NCBI GenBank assembly: GCA_035459025.1
Contig: DATHYT010000085.1
Span: 64,133 to 128,132 of the forward strand
DNA from: Burkholderiales bacterium
GTDB lineage: Bacteria > Pseudomonadota > Gammaproteobacteria > Burkholderiales > SG8-39
Length of the DNA: 64,000 bases
Direction of reading: 5' to 3'
The notes under the pieces were generated by a model. That model was not told the origin of the DNA and did not search any database. It saw only the letters and a program-made list of their open reading frames with translations. Below are positions 10,092 through 18,144 of this stretch, piece by piece (position 1 is the first letter of the stretch; the number at the start of each line of letters is the position of its first letter). Both the position numbers and the translations under genes were made by a program.

Positions 10092-11102
10092 CTAGCGCAG
10101 AGGCGGCGCGTACATCAGGCCGCCCTGGGTCCACAGGTTGTTGATGCCGCGGTCGAAGCCGAGGGGGGTGAGGTTGGCGTCAAACGATTCGCCGTAGTTG
10201 CCCACCTGCTTGACGACGTTGTAGGCCCAGCGTGCGTCCAGCCCCAGCATCTTGCCGATGTCTCCGGTGGCGCCGACGAAGCGCTGCACCGACGGGTTGG
10301 TGCTCGACACCTGCGAGTCGATGTTCTTCGAGGACAGGCCCAGCTCCTCGGCCTCGAGCATGGCGAACAGCGTCCACTTGACGACGTCGAACCAGCGGTC
10401 ATCGCCGTGACGCACCACCGGCCCGAGCGGCTCCTTGGAGATGACCTCGGGCAGGATCACGTGATCGGCCGGGTTGGGCGCGCGCGAGGCGCGCGTCGAA
10501 ACGAGGCCCGAGACGTCGGTGGTGAACACGTCGCAGCGGCCCGAGAAGTAGGCGTTGGTGACTTCCTCGAGCTTCTCGATCACCACGGGCTTGAAGCTCA
10601 TCTTGTTGGCGCGGAAATAGTCGGCGAGATTGAGCTCGGTGGTGGTGCCGGGCTGCACGCAGATGGTGGCGCCGTTCAATTGCTTCGCGCTCTTCACGCC
10701 GAGCTTCTTCGGCACCATGAAGCCCTGGCCGTCGTAGTAATTCACGCCGACGAAATTCAGGCCGAGGCTGGTGTCGCGGCTGACCGTCCAGGTGGTGTTG
10801 CGCGCCAGCACGTCGATCTCGCCCGACTGCAGCGCCGTGAAGCGCTGCTGCGCGGTGAGCGGCGTGTAGCGCACCTTGGTGGCGTCGCCGAAAACAGCGG
10901 CCGCGACCCCGCGGCAGGTATCGACGTCGATGCCCTTCCATACGCCACGCGAGTCCGGCTGGGAGAACCCGGCCAGGCCGGTGTTGACGCCGCACTGCAC
11001 GTAGCCCTTGGACTTGACCGCGTCGAGCGTGGACTGGGCATGCAGCGTGCCGCTCGCCAGCGCGGCGACGGCGCAGGCGGCAATCGTAATGCGAGCATTC
11101 AT
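10092..11102 (-). CDS. aapJ: Amino acid ABC transporter periplasmic substrate-binding protein
   Basis: ATG at 11102 with SD GGAGGGGG. Signal peptide MNARITIAACAVAALASGTLHA. The fold looks like a family-3 SBP. The track ORF (to 11321) is 5'-extended. Confidence 0.9.
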   Translation of the reverse strand: MNARITIAACAVAALASGTLHAQSTLDAVKSKGYVQCGVNTGLAGFSQPDSRGVWKGIDVDTCRGVAAAVFGDATKVRYTPLTAQQRFTALQSGEIDVLARNTTWTVSRDTSLGLNFVGVNYYDGQGFMVPKKLGVKSAKQLNGATICVQPGTTTELNLADYFRANKMSFKPVVIEKLEEVTNAYFSGRCDVFTTDVSGLVSTRASRAPNPADHVILPEVISKEPLGPVVRHGDDRWFDVVKWTLFAMLEAEELGLSSKNIDSQVSSTNPSVQRFVGATGDIGKMLGLDARWAYNVVKQVGNYGESFDANLTPLGFDRGINNLWTQGGLMYAPPLR

Positions 11103-11133
11103 GGAATCCCCCTCCGTGGGTAAGGTACGTGGC

Positions 11134-11163
11134 AGTCTAGTCGCGCCGACGCATGCTTGGCAA
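11134..11163 (-). promoter_or_regulatory. Candidate promoter of aapJQMP (TTGCCA-18-TAGACT)
   Basis: On the minus strand: TTGCCA (11163->11158), an 18-nt spacer, then TAGACT (11139->11134), about 30 nt upstream of the aapJ ATG. Confidence 0.45.
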
Positions 11164-11172
11164 CCATCGCCC

Positions 11173-12975
11173 TCAGCTGTCTTCGCGCAGCGGCCGCGTC
11201 GGGCATTCCTCGAAGATGCGCGCCCGGCAGCGCGCGCAGATGCCGGGGTCGAGCCTGTCGAAGATGCGCGCGATGGCCTCGCGCTTGTCGCGGAACACCG
11301 CGTCGGTGCCGATCTCGGCAAGGTAGCCGCCGTTGCGCAGCACGTCCTCGGCCGGCAGGCGCAGGCCCTGCAGCCACAGCCGCCCGCCGCGCCAGCGCCG
11401 CGCGCGCGCCTCGCGCACCAGCGCCTCGGCGCCGGCGATGTCGAGGAAGTTGATGTTGCGCGCCACCACCAGCAGGTGCTTCTGCTCGCGCGCCACCGCG
11501 CGCAGGGTGTCGAAATGCGACTCGACGTGGTCCACGGCGCCGAAGTAGATCGAGCCCTCGACTGCCATGATCTTCAGCTGGGGGCACTCGGTGATGCCCT
11601 GCGCCACCGGACCGAAGCGGCGCACGCTGTGGCGCGGGTCGGGCGCCACGGCGCGCATCTGCGGCCGCGAGGTGCGGTTGAGGTAGACGATCAGCGACAG
11701 GGTCACGCCGACCAGGATCGCCGCCTCCAGGTTCATCAGCAGCGTCGCGGCGAAGGTGAGGCCGAGCACGGCCGACTCGCTGCGGCTGGTGCGCACGATG
11801 GCGCGCATGGCGCCGAAGTCGAGCAGGCCCCAGGCCACCATGAACAACAGCGCCGCCATCGAGGCGAGCGGCAGGTAGGCAAGCAGCGGCGCCACCGCGA
11901 ATACGACCACCGCGAGCAGCGGCGCCGACAGCGCGGCGGCGAGCGGCGTCTGCGCTCCGGCCTCGTAATTCAGTCCGCTGCGATTGAAGGACGCCGATAC
12001 GGGGTAGCCGGAGAACACGCTGGCCGACATGTTGGCCAGGCCCTGGCCCATGAACTCCTGGTCGGCGTCGATGCGCTGGCCCGACTTCAGCGCCACGGCG
12101 CGCGAGATCGACATCGCCTCGGTGAGCGACAGCACGGTGATGCCGACGGCGATGCCCATCAGCGACTTCAGGGTGTCGGCCGACAGATCGGGCAGCGTCA
12201 GGCCGGGCAGCGCGCCGGGCAGCAGCCCGATGGTGCGGATGCCGCTCACCTCGGGCGTCAGCCAAAGGTTGATGACGAGGCCGGCGAGCCCGCCCGCGAC
12301 CAGCGCGACGATCATGTACGGGGCCTTCGGCACGTAGCGGCGCGCCGCGGCGCCGGCGACGAGCGTCAGCGCGCCCACCAGCATCACCCAGGGCTGCACC
12401 GCGCCGGCCTGCGCTGCGAACGCGCGCAGGGTCGACAGGAACGAGCTCCCCGCCGGCACGTCGATGCCAAAGAAGTTTCGCAGCTGGCTCGCGACGATCA
12501 GCACCGCCGCGCCGGCGGTGAAGCCGACCACCACCGTGTGCGAGACGAAGTTGACCAGGCGGCCGAGGCCAAACGCACCCATCACCAGCATCAGCGCGCC
12601 CGACATGAAGGCGAGCGTCAGCACCAGGCTGATGTACTCGGGCGATCCGGGCACGGCGAGCGGCGCCACCGTGGCGAACACGTACAGCGAGATCGCGTTG
12701 GTGGGGCCGGACACGGCGTGCCACGACGAGCCGAAGAACGCCGCCACCATCGCGGGCACCATCGCGCAGTACAGGCCGAACTCCGGCGGCAGCCCGGCGA
12801 GCGTGGCGAACGCGACGCCCTGCGGCAGCACGATAATGGCGCTGGTCAGCGCGGCGCTGGCGTCGGCGCGCAGGGTGGCGCGGGTGACGCGCGGCCACCA
12901 GGCGAGAAACGGCAGAAAGCGCGCGACGGCGGGCGGAAGCGGCAAGGTGGGAGGAATCTTCTCGTATTCGCGCAA
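11173..12975 (-). CDS. SulP/SLC26-family anion permease with C-terminal STAS domain
   Basis: The N-terminal motif region (ILPQGVAFATLAGLPPEFGLY) and many TM helices match the family. A STAS-like region is present (LLVVARNINFLDIAGAEAL). The TTG at 12975 is the only start near the N-terminus. Confidence 0.9.
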   Translation of the reverse strand: MREYEKIPPTLPLPPAVARFLPFLAWWPRVTRATLRADASAALTSAIIVLPQGVAFATLAGLPPEFGLYCAMVPAMVAAFFGSSWHAVSGPTNAISLYVFATVAPLAVPGSPEYISLVLTLAFMSGALMLVMGAFGLGRLVNFVSHTVVVGFTAGAAVLIVASQLRNFFGIDVPAGSSFLSTLRAFAAQAGAVQPWVMLVGALTLVAGAAARRYVPKAPYMIVALVAGGLAGLVINLWLTPEVSGIRTIGLLPGALPGLTLPDLSADTLKSLMGIAVGITVLSLTEAMSISRAVALKSGQRIDADQEFMGQGLANMSASVFSGYPVSASFNRSGLNYEAGAQTPLAAALSAPLLAVVVFAVAPLLAYLPLASMAALLFMVAWGLLDFGAMRAIVRTSRSESAVLGLTFAATLLMNLEAAILVGVTLSLIVYLNRTSRPQMRAVAPDPRHSVRRFGPVAQGITECPQLKIMAVEGSIYFGAVDHVESHFDTLRAVAREQKHLLVVARNINFLDIAGAEALVREARARRWRGGRLWLQGLRLPAEDVLRNGGYLAEIGTDAVFRDKREAIARIFDRLDPGICARCRARIFEECPTRPLREDS

Positions 12976-12982
12976 TCTTAGC

Positions 12983-12990
12983 TAACATAG
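12983..12990. promoter_or_regulatory. Overlapping back-to-back -10-like boxes in the 21-bp sulP/hyi divergent spacer
   Basis: Plus strand: TAACAT (12983-12988), 8 nt before the hyi ATG at 12997. Minus strand: TATGTT (12989->12984), 8 nt before the sulP TTG at 12975. No SD on either side. Confidence 0.3.
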
Positions 12991-12996
12991 TCGCGC

Positions 12997-13776
12997 ATGC
13001 CCCGCCTCGCCGCCAATGTTTCCCTGATGTTCCCGGAAGTTCCCTTTATGGAGCGCTTCGCTGCCGCGGCGCGCGCCGGCTTCCGCTACGTCGAGTATCA
13101 GTTTCCCTACGCCTTCGGCGGCGCGGCCGAGGTGGCGCAGCGCGCGCGCGACGCGGGCGTCGAAGTGGTGCTGCACAACCTGCCGGGCGGTGACGCCGCC
13201 AAGGGCGATCGCGGCATCGCCTGCCAGCCAGCGCGCGTCGCCGAGTTTCGCGAGGGCGTGGAGCGTGCCATCGAGTACGCGAAGGCCGCCGGCTGCCCGC
13301 GCCTGAACGCGCTTGCCGGCGTTGCGCCGGCGGACGCCGCGCCGGAGCTGCTGTTCGAGACGCTGGTGGAGAACCTGCGCTTCGCCGCCGGCAAGCTCGC
13401 GGCGGCTGGCCTGACGCTGCTCACCGAGCCTGCGAACCGACGCACGATTCCGGATTTCTTCCTGTGCGGCTCGCGCCAGGGCATCGAGGTGATCGACGCC
13501 GCGGGCGCCCCGAACCTGAAGCTGCAGTACGACATCTTCCACATGCAGATCGTCGAAGGCGACCTCGCCAAGACCATCGAGCGCCTGCTGCCGCGGATCG
13601 GCCACATGCAGCTCGCCGACGTGCCCGATCGGCACGAGCCCGGCACCGGCGAGATCAACTTCGATTTCCTTCTTGCGCACATCGACCGCCTGGGCTATCA
13701 GGGCTGGATGGGCTGCGAGTACATCCCGAAGGGCGACACGGTCGAGGGGCTCGGGTGGGCGAAGCGCTACCTGTAG
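12997..13776 (+). CDS. hyi: Hydroxypyruvate isomerase family (TIM-barrel sugar-phosphate isomerase/epimerase)
   Basis: 259 aa starting MPRLAANVSLMFPEVPFMERF. The sequence is Hyi/OtnI-like along its full length and ends in GWMGCEYIPKG. Confidence 0.88.
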   Translation: MPRLAANVSLMFPEVPFMERFAAAARAGFRYVEYQFPYAFGGAAEVAQRARDAGVEVVLHNLPGGDAAKGDRGIACQPARVAEFREGVERAIEYAKAAGCPRLNALAGVAPADAAPELLFETLVENLRFAAGKLAAAGLTLLTEPANRRTIPDFFLCGSRQGIEVIDAAGAPNLKLQYDIFHMQIVEGDLAKTIERLLPRIGHMQLADVPDRHEPGTGEINFDFLLAHIDRLGYQGWMGCEYIPKGDTVEGLGWAKRYL

Positions 13777-15242
13777 CGGGCCGCGAGCGCCAGCGCGCCG
13801 TGGCGCGGGCGCTCGGCGCCTTCCTGCCGGAGCGCGCGGTGCTGTGGCAGGAAGAGGACACGCGCCCCTACGAATGCGACGGGCTCACCGCGTACCGGCG
13901 CGTGCCGATGGTGGTGGCGCTGCCGGAGACCGAGGCGCAGGTGCAGGAAGTGCTGCGCACCTGCCACGCGCTCAAGGTGCCGGTGGTGCCGCGCGGCGCG
14001 GGCACCGGCCTTTCGGGCGGCGCGCTGCCGCCGGGCGACGGCGTGCTGCTCTCGCTCGCCAAGTTCATGCGCATCGTGCGCGTCGATCCCGTGGCGCGCG
14101 TCGCGGTGGTGCAGCCGGGGGTGAGGAACCTCGCCATCTCGGACGCAGCCGCGTCCTACGGCCTGTACTACGCGCCCGATCCGTCGAGCCAGATCGCCTG
14201 CACCATCGGCGGCAACGTCGCGGAGAATTCGGGCGGCGTGCACTGCCTGAAGTACGGGCTCACGGTGCACAACGTGCTCCGGGTGCGCGGCTTCGCCGCC
14301 GACGGCGAGCCGCTCGATTTCGGCTCGGAAGCGCTCGATGCGCCGGGCCTCGACCTGCTGGCGCTGATCGTGGGCTCGGAGGGCATGCTGGCGGTGGCCA
14401 CCGAGATCACGGTGAAGCTGCTGCCTAAGCCGCCTGCGGCGCGCGTGGTGATGGCCTCGTTCGACGACCTGCAGAAGGCGGGCGACGCGGTCGCCGCGGT
14501 GATCGCCGCGGGCATCATCCCCGCGGGCCTGGAGATGATGGACCGGCCGGCGACGCGGGCGGTCGAGGAGTTCGTCGGCGCCGGCTACGACCTGCAGGCG
14601 GCGGCGATCCTGCTCGCCGAGGCCGACGGCCTGCCGGAGGAAGTGGACGAGGACATCGCGAAGCTGAGCGAGGTGCTGACGCGCGCCGGCGCCACGCGCC
14701 TGACCGTGTCGCGCGACGAGGCCGAGCGGCTGCGCTTCTGGTCCGGGCGCAAGGCGGCGTTCCCGGCGATGGGCCGCATCTCGCCCGACTACTACTGCAT
14801 GGACGGCACCATCCCGAGAAAGCGCCTGGGCGAGGTGCTCGGCTTCATCGGCGAGATGGAGAAGAAGTACGGGCTGCGCTGCCCGAACGTGTTCCACGCC
14901 GGCGACGGCAACCTGCACCCGCTGATCCTGTTCGACGCCAACGACCCCGGCCAGCTCAAGCGCACCGAGGAATTCGCGGCCGAGGTGCTCGAGAAATGCG
15001 TCGCGGTCGGCGGCACCATCACCGGCGAGCACGGCGTGGGCGTGGAGAAGATCAACGAAATGTGCGCGCAGTTCCGCGACGAGGAGCTCGAGCTGTTCCA
15101 CGCCGTGAAGCGCGCCTACGATCCCGCGGGCCTGCTCAACCCCGGCAAGGCGGTGCCCACGCTCGCGCGCTGCGCCGAGTTCGGCCACCGGCACGTGCAC
15201 GCGGCCACCGCCGCGGCGCACCCGGGCCTGCCGCGCTTCTGA
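13755..15242 (+). CDS. glcD: Glycolate oxidase FAD-binding subunit GlcD
   Basis: Near-colinear with E. coli GlcD (PYECDGL, VVPRGAGTGLSGGALP, PDPSSQIACTIGGNVAENSGGVHCLKYG). The probable start is the GTG at 13755, which overlaps hyi by 22 nt. The alternative is the GTG at 13800. Confidence 0.9.
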   Translation: MGEALPVAGRERQRAVARALGAFLPERAVLWQEEDTRPYECDGLTAYRRVPMVVALPETEAQVQEVLRTCHALKVPVVPRGAGTGLSGGALPPGDGVLLSLAKFMRIVRVDPVARVAVVQPGVRNLAISDAAASYGLYYAPDPSSQIACTIGGNVAENSGGVHCLKYGLTVHNVLRVRGFAADGEPLDFGSEALDAPGLDLLALIVGSEGMLAVATEITVKLLPKPPAARVVMASFDDLQKAGDAVAAVIAAGIIPAGLEMMDRPATRAVEEFVGAGYDLQAAAILLAEADGLPEEVDEDIAKLSEVLTRAGATRLTVSRDEAERLRFWSGRKAAFPAMGRISPDYYCMDGTIPRKRLGEVLGFIGEMEKKYGLRCPNVFHAGDGNLHPLILFDANDPGQLKRTEEFAAEVLEKCVAVGGTITGEHGVGVEKINEMCAQFRDEELELFHAVKRAYDPAGLLNPGKAVPTLARCAEFGHRHVHAATAAAHPGLPRF

Positions 15243-16297
15243 TGGCCGCGCACCTGCGCGAGCGCATCCGCGAAGCGGCGGCGCGCGGCACGCCGCTGTG
15301 CCTGCGCGGCGCGGGCAGCAAGGACTTCTATGGCGGCGCGCCGCGCGGCGAAGTGCTCGATACGCGCGCGCATGCCGGCATCGTCGACTACGAGCCGACC
15401 GAGCTGGTGGTGACGGCGCGCTGCGGCACGCCGCTCGCCGAGCTCGAGCGCGCGCTCGCCGCCCAGGGCCAGATGCTCGCCTTCGAGCCGCCGCACTTCG
15501 GCCCCGGCGCGACCCTTGGCGGCTGCGTCGCCGCGGGCCTCTCGGGCCCGCGCCGCGCGGCCGCCGGGGCGCTGCGCGACTATGTGCTCGGCGTGCGCCT
15601 TGTCGACGGGCGCGCGCGCGAGCTCTCGTTCGGCGGGCGCGTGATGAAGAACGTGGCGGGCTACGACGTGTCGCGCCTGCTCGCGGGCTCGCTCGGCACG
15701 CTCGGCCTGATCCTCGAGGTCTCGCTCAAGGTGCTGCCGCGGCCGGCGGCCGAGCACACGCTGTGCCTCGAGCTGCCGCTGGAAAAGGCGCTCGAGTCGC
15801 TCAACCGGTGGGCCGGCACGCCGCTGCCGGTGTCGGCGAGCGCCTGGCGCGACGGCGAGCTCTGGGTGCGCCTCTCGGGCGCCGAGACCGCGGTTCGGGC
15901 AGCGGTTGTAAAGGTCGGCGGCGAGACGCTCGCGGCGGCGGATGCCGGGCGCTTCTGGGCGGGGATCCGCGAGCAGACCGATCCCTGGTTTGGGGGCGAC
16001 GCGCCGCTATGGCGCCTGTCGCTACCTTCGGCCGCGCCGCCGCTCGGGCTCGCCGGCGAGGGGCTGATCGAGTGGGGCGGCGCGCTGCGCTGGCTGCGCT
16101 CGCGCGCCGACGCCGCCAGCGTGCGCGAAGCCACGGTGCGCGCCGGCGGCCACGCCACGCTGTTTCGCGGTGGCGACAAGGCGGCGGGGGTGTTCGCGCC
16201 GCTCGCGCCGGCGCTGGCGCGCCTGCACCGCGAGCTGAAAGCGGCGTTCGACCCGGCAGGCGTGTTCAACCCTGGACGGCTCTACCCGGAGCTCTAG
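15242..16297 (+). CDS. glcE: Glycolate oxidase FAD-binding subunit GlcE
   Basis: The ATG at 15242 shares its A with the glcD TGA. 351 aa, with the GlcE-like region MKNVAGYDVSRLLAGSLGTLG. Confidence 0.9.
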   Translation: MAAHLRERIREAAARGTPLCLRGAGSKDFYGGAPRGEVLDTRAHAGIVDYEPTELVVTARCGTPLAELERALAAQGQMLAFEPPHFGPGATLGGCVAAGLSGPRRAAAGALRDYVLGVRLVDGRARELSFGGRVMKNVAGYDVSRLLAGSLGTLGLILEVSLKVLPRPAAEHTLCLELPLEKALESLNRWAGTPLPVSASAWRDGELWVRLSGAETAVRAAVVKVGGETLAAADAGRFWAGIREQTDPWFGGDAPLWRLSLPSAAPPLGLAGEGLIEWGGALRWLRSRADAASVREATVRAGGHATLFRGGDKAAGVFAPLAPALARLHRELKAAFDPAGVFNPGRLYPEL

Positions 16298-16905
16298 GCC
16301 TTGGGCACCTTCTTTTCCTGTTCCTTCATGTTGGCGCGCACGAAATCGGCGTACTGCGACTGCGGGTACTTGGCGAGCAGCGTCGCGTACAGCTTGAGCG
16401 CGTGCTGCGCCTGGCCGGCGTCGCCGGCGCGCACCGCGACCTCGACCAGGCGCTTCTGCGCGAGCGCAGCGTCGCCGGCAATCGCGGCGCCGGCGTGCAG
16501 CGCCCAGGCGGCCTCCATATACGTACCCTGCGCGAGCAGCGCGCGGCCGAGGCCCTCCCAGGCCGCCGGCTCGAGCGTGAGCTTGGTACGCTCGGCGACG
16601 ACCGCGAGGAACGCTTTCGCCGCGTCTGTGCCACGGCCGGCGGCGAGCGCCGCGCGGATTGCTTCCGCCGCGGCGGCGATCGGATCGGCCGGTGCGGCGG
16701 GCGTGGCGGGTGCCGCAGGCGCGGCCGGCTTTGCCGCCGGCGGATTCGCGGCTTGCGGTTTTGCACGCAGCATCTCGGCGACGAACTGCGCCTCGCGCTC
16801 GCGCTCGAAAGCCTTGCGTGCCTCGAACTTGCGCATGACGATGACGACCCACACCACGACGCCGACGAGCACGGCGAGGGCGGCGAGGATGACGAACGTC
16901 TGCAT
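16294..16905 (-). CDS. Membrane-anchored hypothetical protein (1 TM, Pro/Ala linker, TPR-like C-terminal domain)
   Basis: 203 aa with strong GC3 bias in this frame. TM helix FVILAALAVLVGVVVWVVIVM, then a PAAKPAAPAAPATPAAPADP linker, then a helical C-terminus. It lies antisense within the glcDEF block. Confidence 0.7.
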   Translation of the reverse strand: MQTFVILAALAVLVGVVVWVVIVMRKFEARKAFEREREAQFVAEMLRAKPQAANPPAAKPAAPAAPATPAAPADPIAAAAEAIRAALAAGRGTDAAKAFLAVVAERTKLTLEPAAWEGLGRALLAQGTYMEAAWALHAGAAIAGDAALAQKRLVEVAVRAGDAGQAQHALKLYATLLAKYPQSQYADFVRANMKEQEKKVPKA

Positions 16906-16911
16906 GCAACG

Positions 16912-16919
16912 AGTATAGC
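16912..16919. promoter_or_regulatory. Overlapping -10-like boxes in the 23-bp spacer between the 16905 gene and glcF
   Basis: Minus strand: TATACT (16917->16912), 6 nt before the ATG at 16905. Plus strand: TATAGC (16914-16919), 9 nt before the glcF ATG at 16929. No SD on either side. Confidence 0.3.
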
Positions 16920-16928
16920 GGCCCGCCG

Positions 16929-18134
16929 ATGCAGACCGAACTCGCCGCCTTCATCCGCGACACGCCCGAGGGACAGGAGGCCGACGCCATCCTGCGCAAG
17001 TGCGTGCATTGCGGGTTCTGCACGGCCACCTGCCCGACCTACCAGCTGCTCGGCGACGAGCTCGACGGGCCGCGCGGGCGCATCTACCTCGTCAAGCAGG
17101 TGCTGGAAGGCGCTACGCCGACGGCGCGCACGCAGCTGCACCTGGACCGCTGCCTCACCTGCCGCTCGTGCGAGACCACCTGCCCGTCGGGCGTGAAGTA
17201 CGGGCGGCTCGCCGACATCGGCCGCGGCATCGTCGAGGCCAGGGTGCCGCGCTCGCTCTGGCAGCGGGTACAGCGCGCCGCGCTCGCCTTCGCCCTGCCG
17301 CGGCGCGCGCTGTTCGCGCTGCTGCTGGGGCTGGGCCGCCCGTTCCGGTTCCTGTTGCCGCGCCTCGTGCCCGCGCCGGCGGCGCCCGCCGGCGCCTGGC
17401 CGGCGCCACGGCATGCGCGCCGGATGCTCACGCTCGCGGGCTGCGTGCAGCCGGCGCTCGCGCCACGCATCAACGCAGCCGCCGCGCGCGTGCTCGATCG
17501 CATCGGCGTGTCGCTCGTCGAGGTGCCGGGCGCGGGCTGCTGCGGCGCGCTGCGCTATCACCTCAACGACCAGGACGCGGGCTGCGGCGACATGCGCGCG
17601 CTGATCGACGCCTGGTGGCCGGTCGTCGAGCGCGGCGAAGTGGAGGCGATCGTGGTGACGGCGAGCGGCTGCGGCGTGACCGTGAAGGACTACGGCCATC
17701 TGCTCGCCCATGATCCCGCCTACGCGGAAAAAGCGGCGCGCGTCGCGGCGCTGGCGCGCGACCTGAGCGAGGTGATCCCGCTCGAGGCGGTTCCCGAGCG
17801 CGCCGGCCTTGGGCGCATCGCGTTCCATTCCCCTTGCTCGTTGCAGCACGGCCAGCAGCTGCGCGGCGGCGCCGAGCGGCTGCTCACGCGCGCCGGCTTC
17901 GAGCTCACGCCGGTCCCCGAGGCGCACCTGTGCTGCGGCTCGGCGGGCACCTATTCGATCCTGCAATCCGAGCTCGCGGAGCAGCTGCGCGGCCGCAAGC
18001 TCGCGGCGCTGCAGAGCGGGCAGCCGGTCGGCATCGTCACCGCGAACATCGGTTGCCTGGTGCACCTGCAGGCGGGCGCGCAGGTGCCGGTCGCGCACTG
18101 GGTGGAACTGCTGGACGAAGCCCTGCAAGCGTAA
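16929..18134 (+). CDS. glcF: Glycolate oxidase iron-sulfur subunit GlcF
   Basis: Two ferredoxin-type motifs (CVHCGFCTATCP and CLTCRSCETTCP) plus Cys-rich CCG-type regions. Confidence 0.92.
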   Translation: MQTELAAFIRDTPEGQEADAILRKCVHCGFCTATCPTYQLLGDELDGPRGRIYLVKQVLEGATPTARTQLHLDRCLTCRSCETTCPSGVKYGRLADIGRGIVEARVPRSLWQRVQRAALAFALPRRALFALLLGLGRPFRFLLPRLVPAPAAPAGAWPAPRHARRMLTLAGCVQPALAPRINAAAARVLDRIGVSLVEVPGAGCCGALRYHLNDQDAGCGDMRALIDAWWPVVERGEVEAIVVTASGCGVTVKDYGHLLAHDPAYAEKAARVAALARDLSEVIPLEAVPERAGLGRIAFHSPCSLQHGQQLRGGAERLLTRAGFELTPVPEAHLCCGSAGTYSILQSELAEQLRGRKLAALQSGQPVGIVTANIGCLVHLQAGAQVPVAHWVELLDEALQA

Positions 18135-18144
18135 AATCCGGCGC

